Shown here in pieces: positions 46,067-54,126 of a stretch of 54,126 bases of DNA (positions are counted from its first letter, which is position 1; each line of letters opens with the position of its first letter). This DNA is from Candidatus Omnitrophota bacterium. GTDB lineage: Bacteria > Omnitrophota > Gorgyraeia > Gygaellales > Profunditerraquicolaceae. A model generated the notes under the pieces. That model was not told the origin of the DNA. It did no database searches and was given only the letters and a program-made list of their open reading frames with translations. The translations under genes were made by a program, and so were the position numbers. The stretch is taken from the NCBI GenBank assembly GCA_049517335.1, contig JBEKSD010000017.1:1-54126 (forward strand). Direction: 5' to 3'.

Positions 46067-47110
46067 ATGAATATTCGCACAATTGAATGGAAGAATAACG
46101 CAATAAAGATTATTGACCAGACGAAGCTACCGGGTAAGTTAGAGTATCTTTATATAAAAGATTTAAAAAAGCTTAGGCTGGCAATTAAGGAGTTGAAAGT
46201 AAGAGGCGCTCCGGCATTGGCAGTTGTAGCTGCTTTGGGAGTATATCTTGGAATTAAGGGCTCAAAAGCTAAAAACTTTAAAGAGTTTAGTCTTCAGCTC
46301 GATAGAGTTACAAGGTTTATCGGCTTGTCGCGGCCTACCGCGCGTAATTTATTCTGGGGTTTGGAAAGGGTCTGCAGCGCTGCCGTAAAGAACGGCGGTA
46401 GAAGTGTATCTTTTATTAAGGGAAAAATACTTGAAGAGGTGAAGAAGATAATCGAGGAAGACAGGAGCAGTTGCCGTAAAATCGGCTTATACGGGGCAAA
46501 GTTACTGCATAAGAATGATGCTGTGCTTACCGTCTGTAATGCCGGGATATTAGCGACAATAGATTATGGGACGGCTCTGGGAGTGATTTACCGCGCTGAA
46601 GAAGAAGGCAAAAATATCCGAGTCTTCGCCTGCGAGACCCGACCACTCCTTCAAGGTTCACGTTTAACGGCGTGGGAATTACAGAAAAATAGGATTGACG
46701 TTACCTTGATAAGCGACAATACCGCTTCATACCTGATGCGCGAGGGTAAAATCAACGCAGTGATTACCGGAGCAGACAGGATAGCCGCAAACGGAGATAC
46801 TGCAAATAAAATCGGCACGCTCAACCTTGCTATTTTAAGCTCAATGCACAAAATACCTTTTTATATTGCCGCGCCCGTATCCAGCTTTGATTTAGGTATA
46901 AAAAACGGAAAAAGTATAATAATTGAAGAGCGCAAGCCGGATGAGGTCAGAGGGGTACATTTAAAGAAAGGTATTATCCCGGAAGGGATAAAAGTTTTTA
47001 ATCCCGCTTTTGACATAACGTCTCATAATTTAATCAACGCAATTATTACCGATAAAGGCATAATCCGTAAGCCATACGAAAGAAATATTGCGAATATGCT
47101 GCAAAAATAA
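46067..47110 (+). CDS. mtnA: S-methyl-5-thioribose-1-phosphate isomerase
   Basis: VRGAP, RPTA.NL, CNAG.LAT, ETRPLLQG and GADRI...GD.ANKIG motifs. Confidence 0.94.
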   Translation: MNIRTIEWKNNAIKIIDQTKLPGKLEYLYIKDLKKLRLAIKELKVRGAPALAVVAALGVYLGIKGSKAKNFKEFSLQLDRVTRFIGLSRPTARNLFWGLERVCSAAVKNGGRSVSFIKGKILEEVKKIIEEDRSSCRKIGLYGAKLLHKNDAVLTVCNAGILATIDYGTALGVIYRAEEEGKNIRVFACETRPLLQGSRLTAWELQKNRIDVTLISDNTASYLMREGKINAVITGADRIAANGDTANKIGTLNLAILSSMHKIPFYIAAPVSSFDLGIKNGKSIIIEERKPDEVRGVHLKKGIIPEGIKVFNPAFDITSHNLINAIITDKGIIRKPYERNIANMLQK

Positions 47111-47135
47111 GTGATATAATATATATTTAAATAAG

Positions 47136-47606
47136 ATGAGACTATTTTCTAACTCGGTTAAGGATACCTTAAAGATAGGCGGGGCAATTGCCGAGAATGC
47201 TAAAAAAGGTGACATTATCTGTTTGTCCGGAACGCTTGGTTCCGGCAAGACCGTGCTTACAAAAGGCATTGCCGCAGGGCTTAAAGTCAGCAGTAAAGAT
47301 GTTATCAGTCCGTCTTTTGTACTTTTACGCGAATACGTGTCGGCAAAGCTGCCGTTATATCATTTTGACCTTTACCGGCTCAAAGGCCCCAAAGATATCC
47401 TTGATATAGGTTATGAAGAATATTTGTTCGCTCAGGGGCTGGCAGTAATAGAGTGGGCGGACAGGCTTAAATATTTAAAGCCTGAAGAATTCTTAGGCAT
47501 AAATCTATCCGTTAAAGGAGCTTCAAAGAGGGAACTTATTTTTAAGGCGCACGGAAGGCGCCACAAAGAACTCTTAAAAAAAATAAATGAAGATATTAGC
47601 GCTTGA
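47136..47606 (+). CDS. tsaE: t6A biosynthesis ATPase TsaE
   Basis: G.LGSGKT, SPSF, HFDLYR and IEWA motifs. Confidence 0.95.
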   Translation: MRLFSNSVKDTLKIGGAIAENAKKGDIICLSGTLGSGKTVLTKGIAAGLKVSSKDVISPSFVLLREYVSAKLPLYHFDLYRLKGPKDILDIGYEEYLFAQGLAVIEWADRLKYLKPEEFLGINLSVKGASKRELIFKAHGRRHKELLKKINEDISA

Positions 47607-48255
47607 TTCTACGACTAAAATCCTAACTCTGGGTATTTATAATGACGGCGTGGAGGCAGAGTACAATCTGGAAGTAGGCAGGAAGCTTTCTCAGGTTATA
47701 GATAAGTCTGTAGAGAGGGTACTGGCTGCTTCAGGGTTGACCTTAAGGGAGATTAATTATTTTGCTTCAGGTCTTGGCCCGGGTTCTTTTACCGGTATGC
47801 GCGTGGGGATTTCTTTTATAAAAGGCTTAAGCTGGGCAAATAAGAAGCCGGTAATCGGGCTTTCAACTCTGGATATAATCGCGCAGCAGGTAGAAGAAGA
47901 TAGCCAGCCTATAATTGTCAGCCTTGATGCCCGGCGCAACTTGATTTACAGTTGTATTTATAAAAAAACATCAGGCAGGCTGAAAAAAATGTCCCCCTAT
48001 ATGCTTTTAAGTATAGGCGATTTATTAAAGAAAACCCCGAAGGGAAGCTTAATCTTAGGTGATGCTCTTAGCCTGTACGCTGAAAATTTCCTGAAAGCTG
48101 CCAAGGGCGCGAATCTGCTGGGAAAAGAATTCTGGTATCCTAAGGCGCATAATCTCATTAGGCTTACTTTAGCTAAGATAAAAGAGAAAAAAGTTTACGA
48201 CGCGTTCAGCGTTAAACCGATATACCTTTATCCGAAAGAATGTCAGATAAAGTAA
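47587..48255 (+). CDS. tsaB: t6A biosynthesis protein TsaB
   Basis: GPGSFTGMR, DARR and PIYL motifs. Confidence 0.93.
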   Translation: MKILALDSTTKILTLGIYNDGVEAEYNLEVGRKLSQVIDKSVERVLAASGLTLREINYFASGLGPGSFTGMRVGISFIKGLSWANKKPVIGLSTLDIIAQQVEEDSQPIIVSLDARRNLIYSCIYKKTSGRLKKMSPYMLLSIGDLLKKTPKGSLILGDALSLYAENFLKAAKGANLLGKEFWYPKAHNLIRLTLAKIKEKKVYDAFSVKPIYLYPKECQIK

Positions 48256-48276
48256 GTAACTACTAATTGGAAGGAT

Positions 48277-49398
48277 ATGAATAAGAATAGGCAGATAGGA
48301 TACCGGCCTACTTGGGCTGAAATTAATTTAGGCAACTTAAGCAAAAATTTCTTCAAAATAAAGAAGGCCACTCTAGTCGGGACAAAAATTATGGTAACGG
48401 TTAAAGCTGATGCCTATGGCCACGGCTTAATACCGGTATCCCGGAAACTCGTCTCCTGCGGGGTGGATTTTTTAGGGGTCGCTTCCATTGATGAAGGGAT
48501 ATTATTAAGGAAAAACGGGATAAGAATCCCTATTTTGGTAATGGGAGCGGTGTTAAAAGAGCATATGAATGCGCTTTTTATTTTTCATTTGACCCCCACG
48601 GTTTGCGATATAGCTCAGGCTGTTGCTTTAGAGAGAAAAGCAGAAAGGTTAAAACAGCCCATTAATATCCATATTAAGGTAGATACGGGAATGGGCAGGG
48701 TGGGAGTGGCCTACTATGATGCCGAGGAATTGGTTAAGAAAATACTTAAATTTAAGTTATTAAGGGTAGAGGGGCTGTTTACGCATTTTGCTTTTGCCGA
48801 CATAAATAAGAAATTCACGAACTATCAAACATTCCTGTTTTACCACCTGATTTCTAAATTAGAGGCTTTAGGGGTACATATCCCGCTTGCTCATGCGGCA
48901 AACAGCGCCGGCGTGCTTGATTACAACAATACGCATTTTAATATGGTCAGGCCCGGCCTTGCGATTTACGGCCTGTATTTAAGGAATAACCTAAAAAACA
49001 GCCTTAAACCCGTTTTAAGCCTTAAGACAAAAGTTGTTTTCATAAAAAGAGTCCCGGAAGGCACCGGCATAAGTTACGGCCATGCTTATGTAACTAGCAG
49101 GGACACCAAGATTGCCACTTTACCGATAGGTTACGGAGACGGTTACCAGCGTAACCTTTCAAATCTTGCCCCGGTCCTGATCAGGGGTAAGCGCTTTAAA
49201 GTAGCGGGGAGGATTTGTATGGATCAGATGATGGTTGATGTGGGAGGCCTTTCTCTAAAAGTAGGAGATGAGGCCGTATTGATCGGCTCTCAGGGTAAAT
49301 ATGAAATCTCAGCCGAAGAACTCGCTGAGCTTTCCGCGACTATTCCTTATGAAGTTGTTTGCGGTTTATCAAACAGAATACCGCGGGTTTACGTGTAG
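48277..49398 (+). CDS. alr: Alanine racemase
   Basis: VKADAYGHG, KVDTGMGR, GYGDG and GRICMDQ motifs. Confidence 0.96.
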   Translation: MNKNRQIGYRPTWAEINLGNLSKNFFKIKKATLVGTKIMVTVKADAYGHGLIPVSRKLVSCGVDFLGVASIDEGILLRKNGIRIPILVMGAVLKEHMNALFIFHLTPTVCDIAQAVALERKAERLKQPINIHIKVDTGMGRVGVAYYDAEELVKKILKFKLLRVEGLFTHFAFADINKKFTNYQTFLFYHLISKLEALGVHIPLAHAANSAGVLDYNNTHFNMVRPGLAIYGLYLRNNLKNSLKPVLSLKTKVVFIKRVPEGTGISYGHAYVTSRDTKIATLPIGYGDGYQRNLSNLAPVLIRGKRFKVAGRICMDQMMVDVGGLSLKVGDEAVLIGSQGKYEISAEELAELSATIPYEVVCGLSNRIPRVYV

Positions 49399-49402
49399 TT
49401 TT

Positions 49403-50500
49403 TTAAGGGATGCTTCTGATCATATAGATACCGACGCTTAAAGCGATTACGTGGCTTAAAGAAGCGGCAGCTAAAGGAGGCAGTAGACCGCCTTTACCGA
49501 ACGTAATACATACGGCATCTAGGATATAATACAGGAACCCCACCATAATTGAAATCCCTATGGAAGATAATCCTGCCGCGCGCCTGCGCATAATCAGGGA
49601 AAAGGGGATGCCGAGGATTATGATAATCAGGCTGGTGAACGGCGCCGTATATTTCTGATACAAATCAATTTTAAGGTTACGTACTACCGTAGTCGCACCG
49701 CTACGCGATAGTTTCCAGATATAGTCATCAAGGTCTTTGATGGTCATTTGTTCAAGGTGCTGCCTTTGGCTGATAAAATCGCGCGGCGTCTCCGGGATAG
49801 ACATTATTTCCTCTTCCATATATATCGGCTCGTTTATAATCTGGCCGTTGGCGTCAAAATTATAAGTTATGCTTTGGCTGAATTTCCAAAGTCCGTCTTG
49901 ATATATCCCTCTGTTCGCAACAACTTTTTTTATCAGGTTTTGGTGTTCGTCGTGCTCAAGTATGATTATGCCCTGCATAGTATTGGTTGCGGTGTAGAAC
50001 TTATTTATAAAAAAGAGCCGGTTCCTTAAGCCGTACATGCATAAATTATTAAGTATTTCCTGCTTTTTCTCTTTCGGTTTTCTGACTTCTTCAAACTGTG
50101 ACTTTATCCTTTGGGCCTGCGCAAGGGCCTGAGGCATTATCCGGCCGTTTAGCCAGAAAACAAGCAGGCTGACTAACAGGCCCAGCATGAGCAGAGTTTT
50201 GGAGATATGTAAAACGCTTAAGCCCGAAGAGCGCATGGCGATAATTTCATTGTTGTGGTTGAGCCTGCTGAAAGTATAAAGCGTGCTTAATAGGCAGGCG
50301 AAGGGGGCAACCTTTACAAACATGAAGGGGAGGTTCAGGAGGTAATATTTGGCGAGGACGTTAAAGTGTATGTGCATTTTAATCAGATCTTCGAGGTTTG
50401 TCAAAAGGTCAATAACCACATAAAGGAAAAGAAATATGAATACACAGGTTACAAAGATGCTTAAGGTTGATTTTAATATATAGCGGTCTAAGATGCGCAT
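49403..50500 (-). CDS. lptG: LPS export permease LptG
   Basis: MRILDRY start at 50500; NEIIAMRSSG; paired with lptF. Confidence 0.85.
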   Translation of the reverse strand: MRILDRYILKSTLSIFVTCVFIFLFLYVVIDLLTNLEDLIKMHIHFNVLAKYYLLNLPFMFVKVAPFACLLSTLYTFSRLNHNNEIIAMRSSGLSVLHISKTLLMLGLLVSLLVFWLNGRIMPQALAQAQRIKSQFEEVRKPKEKKQEILNNLCMYGLRNRLFFINKFYTATNTMQGIIILEHDEHQNLIKKVVANRGIYQDGLWKFSQSITYNFDANGQIINEPIYMEEEIMSIPETPRDFISQRQHLEQMTIKDLDDYIWKLSRSGATTVVRNLKIDLYQKYTAPFTSLIIIILGIPFSLIMRRRAAGLSSIGISIMVGFLYYILDAVCITFGKGGLLPPLAAASLSHVIALSVGIYMIRSIP

Positions 50501-51594
50501 AGCCTGATAATAAGAATGCCTCCGATTATCCCAAAAATTACGTTGGGCGCCCACATTATGATTTGGGGAGGAATGATTCCCTGTATAGCCAAAGCTTCAC
50601 AGCCGATAAAAAGCGGATAATATATGGTAATTATGAGGAGGGCAATACCGAAGTTGATGGATTTTTCCCTTCTGCGCGTGATTATGCCGAGGGAGGATCC
50701 GAGCAGAATGAAAACAAAGCAGGAAAAAGCCAGAGTAATTTTTTCGTTTATCTCTGTTACCAGCGGGGCAGGGTTAATGCCGAGTTTTTTAAATTTTGAT
50801 ATTTTGTCTTTTAATTCGGCTATCGTCATTTCTTTGGGTTTTTTTTCTATCTCCTGGTTCTTGTCGGAATTCAAAAGGTTCAGGTTCATGAAGTAAGTCT
50901 TAAAATTCAACTTATAAAAATTATACGGGTTTTCTGGGTCCGGTTCATCAGATGTGCCGTCAATTAATTTAAGTTTTACCGTATTCTTTTCCGGTTCCGT
51001 TATGAATTCGCCTGCCTTGGCTACGATGGTGCGGGTAGGCTTATCGTCTCCCTGCGGCTCGTAAATGCGCACGTTGCTTAAGCGGTTCCTTTTCTGGTCA
51101 ACGTGATAAATGAAGAGGATGTATTTTTCGAAGGAGTTGATGAATACACCTTCTTCAAAAGCCGCGGTAGGGTTCTTAAACCCCACATTGATTAAAGTTT
51201 TACGGTAGGCGTAATGCGCGTAGGATGAAGCTTTGTCATTAAAGATGAGCAGCATTAAGCTTAAAATCATCCCGATTATAAGCAGCGGTAGGATTAAACT
51301 CAATAAATTTACTCCGCTTGACCTTATGGCGATGATTTCATTATCGCTGGAAAGCCTGCCGAAAGCCAGTAGTACGGCTACCAAGACTGAGATAGGTAGG
51401 GCGTAGGTGATAATATAAGGCGCCATAAAAAGTAGGAGCTTAAAAACGCTGAATATATCCACTCCCTTATTGATTACGAGGTCGGCGATTTTCTGGAGGT
51501 TTCCCACTAAGATCATGACGAAGCTTAAGACCCCTATTGTCATGATAAGGGGAGCGGTAAATTCTTTTAAAAGGTAACTGCGCAGGATTTTCAT
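50488..51594 (-). CDS. lptF: LPS export permease LptF
   Basis: GRLSSDNEIIAIRSSG and W.PN motifs. Confidence 0.85.
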   Translation of the reverse strand: MKILRSYLLKEFTAPLIMTIGVLSFVMILVGNLQKIADLVINKGVDIFSVFKLLLFMAPYIITYALPISVLVAVLLAFGRLSSDNEIIAIRSSGVNLLSLILPLLIIGMILSLMLLIFNDKASSYAHYAYRKTLINVGFKNPTAAFEEGVFINSFEKYILFIYHVDQKRNRLSNVRIYEPQGDDKPTRTIVAKAGEFITEPEKNTVKLKLIDGTSDEPDPENPYNFYKLNFKTYFMNLNLLNSDKNQEIEKKPKEMTIAELKDKISKFKKLGINPAPLVTEINEKITLAFSCFVFILLGSSLGIITRRREKSINFGIALLIITIYYPLFIGCEALAIQGIIPPQIIMWAPNVIFGIIGGILIIRLCAS

Positions 51595-51595
51595 A

Positions 51596-51922
51596 TTAAT
51601 TGGCCAAGGTTAGGACGAAAACAATATTGGCTCCGGAATTTTTTAAAGCAAGGACTGCTTCCGAAGAAGTAGCCCCGGTGGTCAAGATGTCGTCGATTAG
51701 AATGATATTCTTGCCCGCTATTTTTTCGACCGCATGCACTAAAAAGCTGTCTTTTACGTTTATGGCGCGCATGTTTAAATCCATCTCAGTCTGCGTTTTT
51801 GTATTACGGCAGCGCGCACAGATAAATTGCTCGTCGTTCTACTTTTTAAATATATTTTTGCAAGCAAGGCACGTTTGAGGATAGATTATATCCTTTAATC
51901 CGTTTAACAGCCGGCGCAGCAT
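51596..51922 (-). pseudogene. comF: ComF competence protein remnant (internal stop and large in-frame deletion)
   Basis: MLRRLLNGLKDIIYPQTCLACK...K*...ICARC joins directly to RNTKTQ...R..NV..SF...IILIDDILTTGAT; 108 codons versus ~230-250 aa typical. Confidence 0.85.
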
Positions 51923-51980
51923 AAAGATATGATAACACTAAACCACTATTTGTCAATCTCAGCCAATAATGGTATAATAT

Positions 51981-52733
51981 TTGTCTATGAAAATTAAACC
52001 GAGAAAGAAAATTATAATACTATTTGTGGTAGTTATTCTTTTAGTGCTTGCTATGGCTGCATTTTGCGTATTCTTTGACGAAGCGGTTATAGTCAGGAAA
52101 GATACCTTTTATCGCGCCCGGATACAGGATAAAGTGGTGGCTTTAACTTTTGACGACGGGCCTTCAGAGGAGTGGACGCCGAAAATACTGGACGTATTGA
52201 ACAAGTACGGCGTCAAGGCTACTTTTTTCATGATCGGCGAGCACGTCCTTCAGTATCCCGAAATAGCAAAACGTGTAGCTAAAGAAGGCCATGAAATCGG
52301 CAATCACACCTTTGATCACCATGTTCTGGTATATTATAAACCGCAGGAGTTAGTAGAGGAAATCAAGAAGGCGGAAAAAGCCATAGAGGAAACCACAAAC
52401 CGGAAAACGGTATTATTAAGACCGCCGAAGGCGTGGGTTACGTCTCCTGAGAAAATAATAATTAATAAGCTCGGATATAAGATCATACTTTGGTCGTTAA
52501 ATTCCAAGGATTGGGTCAATTTTGACGACAAGTATATCGTTAGATACCTGATGCATAATATCAAACCCGGAGACATTATCCTTTTTCATGACAGCGGAGG
52601 GGTTTTTACTACTGAGGGTGGAAATAGGAGCGAGACTATAAAAGCTGTGGGCCGCCTTATCGAGAAATTAAGAGATAAGGGGTACAGATTAGCTACAGTG
52701 AGCGAACTTCTGAGCCTTAAAGGGAAAAATTAA
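51981..52733 (+). CDS. Polysaccharide deacetylase (CE4)
   Basis: LTFDDGP, NHTFDH, RPP, DW and LFHD motifs. Confidence 0.93.
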   Translation: MSMKIKPRKKIIILFVVVILLVLAMAAFCVFFDEAVIVRKDTFYRARIQDKVVALTFDDGPSEEWTPKILDVLNKYGVKATFFMIGEHVLQYPEIAKRVAKEGHEIGNHTFDHHVLVYYKPQELVEEIKKAEKAIEETTNRKTVLLRPPKAWVTSPEKIIINKLGYKIILWSLNSKDWVNFDDKYIVRYLMHNIKPGDIILFHDSGGVFTTEGGNRSETIKAVGRLIEKLRDKGYRLATVSELLSLKGKN

Positions 52734-54126
52734 ATGGACGAAAAGAAGTTAAGAAGTATTTTTGTCTTAATCGTTTTAAGTTTTATATTTTTCATGCTGG
52801 GTAATAATATATTAAGTTTAACTAACCCGGATGAGGTCTTTTACACGTTGACCGCGAAAGAAATGGTTGCGCATAACACCTGGATGACGCCTTACATATT
52901 CGGCTCGCCTCAGTTTGAAAAACCTGTATTGTTATACTGGTTTTTACGCACAGCGGATATTTTCTTTGGCTTTACCAATTTTAGTATGAGGTTTTTCCCG
53001 GCGCTGTTCGGTATTTTCGGGGTTTTAGCGGTTTATTTTTTGTGCCTTATTGGTTTTAAAAATGAAAGAAAAGCTTTTATTTGCAGCCTTATATTAATGT
53101 CCTCAGGGTTATATATAGGAATGGCCAGGACTGTTTTTACCGATCTTATCTTTTCGGTATTTATCCTTCTCGCTTTGGCGTTTTTTTACTGGGGGTATAC
53201 TTTTAAAGAGAAGAAAGCCGCGGGGATAATATTATTCTTTGTATTCACCGCTCTTGCCGTATTAGCCAAAGGGCCGTTAGGCGTATTAATTACATTTTTG
53301 ACCGTATTTATATTTCTTTTGGCAAAAAGAGAGCTTAGTTTTATCCGGTCAGCTCCTTTTTTCTGGGGGTTTCTCATTTTTCTGGCAATTTCCCTGCCAT
53401 GGTATATATTCATGGAAGCCAAATACGGAGCGGCTTTTAACAGGGAGTTCTTCTATAACGACCATTTCAGGCGTTTGATTGAAGCAGAGCATAGCAGCAA
53501 TGACCGGTGGTATTTTTATCCTCTTTCTATGATAGGCTGCATGTTTCCGTGGAGCCTGTACCTATTGGCAGGCTTATTCTATTCTTTAAAGAGTATTAAA
53601 CGCAGCGCCAATCCAATTTACCTTTTTATGTTTATATGGCTGGCTGTGGTTTTCTTAATTTTTGAGCCCGCGCACTCAAAATTAGTCAGTTATATCCTGC
53701 CTTTATTTCCCGTCTTGGCCATGATTTGCGGAGATTATTTATACAGCGCGGCTTTAAATGAAGCCCGTAATAAAGCGTTGTTTATCGTGAACCTCGTAAC
53801 CCTGTCCGTGATCCTGATTTTTCCTATAGGTTTAATAGCAGCCTCGCGCATATTCTCAGTATACCTGTCTTCTACTGTTCCAGTATACGTTTTTTCTCTG
53901 GCGTTTGTTATTTTAGCAGCGTGGTTTGCTTTCTTTATTTTTAAGGCGAAGATATCAAAGATTATTTTTCCCCTCATATTTGTCGTGCCCCTGATGGTAT
54001 TTTCCGCATTTGCCCTCCAGAAAGACGTAGAGCCTTACGTTTCATCCAAAAACATATGCGCATATCTAAAGGAAAACTACCCCATAGAAGGCTCTATAAT
54101 ATGTTCAAAATTTTTTGTCAGAGGCA
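52734..54126 (+). CDS. ArnT/GT83-like membrane glycosyltransferase (runs off the window end)
   Basis: ATG 52734: MDEKK...PDEVFY...AKEM...W.TP....FEKP..LYW; later LAKGP and FPW; multi-TM; absent from the ORF track because no stop is reached. Confidence 0.85.
   Translation, partial: MDEKKLRSIFVLIVLSFIFFMLGNNILSLTNPDEVFYTLTAKEMVAHNTWMTPYIFGSPQFEKPVLLYWFLRTADIFFGFTNFSMRFFPALFGIFGVLAVYFLCLIGFKNERKAFICSLILMSSGLYIGMARTVFTDLIFSVFILLALAFFYWGYTFKEKKAAGIILFFVFTALAVLAKGPLGVLITFLTVFIFLLAKRELSFIRSAPFFWGFLIFLAISLPWYIFMEAKYGAAFNREFFYNDHFRRLIEAEHSSNDRWYFYPLSMIGCMFPWSLYLLAGLFYSLKSIKRSANPIYLFMFIWLAVVFLIFEPAHSKLVSYILPLFPVLAMICGDYLYSAALNEARNKALFIVNLVTLSVILIFPIGLIAASRIFSVYLSSTVPVYVFSLAFVILAAWFAFFIFKAKISKIIFPLIFVVPLMVFSAFALQKDVEPYVSSKNICAYLKENYPIEGSIICSKFFVRG

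Noticed and set aside
13163-53977. Numerous short antisense ORFs in the ORF track
   Set aside because: Shadow frames overlapping well-identified housekeeping genes.

Overview
Low-GC bacterial chromosomal window. The gene content and order suggest Omnitrophota/PVC, but this is inference only. Positions 13-54 kb are mostly housekeeping genes: isoprenoid genes, a Nik/Cbi ECF transporter, htpX, lysS-lolCD-ilvE-mcsAB-clpC-mlaEFD-radA-PIN/TRAM-ispDF-cysE-cysS-tmk-holB-PSP1-metG-tatD-mtnA-tsaEB-alr, lptFG and an ArnT-like gene. radA and comF are both broken by internal deletions. The main find is the accessory region at ~2.9-12.9 kb, next to tRNA-Asn(GTT). A ~5.4-kb satellite-like element carries a large serine recombinase (LSR) whose reading frame runs into the tRNA 3' end; its displaced native C-terminus (LPIVDEFRT...) sits at the far end of the element. 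Beyond it lies an array of 0.4-1.5-kb single-gene cassettes separated by ~140-bp junction repeats of fixed geometry. Each intact junction is a 33-bp hairpin with terminator/promoter features, an 11-bp spacer, a tRNA-matching CTCCCC core and an open 27-29-codon LSR-type C-terminal tail. The array has a direct arm and an inverted arm. This looks like an integron-like cassette array run by a tRNA-targeting serine recombinase (inference). Two candidate structured RNAs lie in or next to this region.
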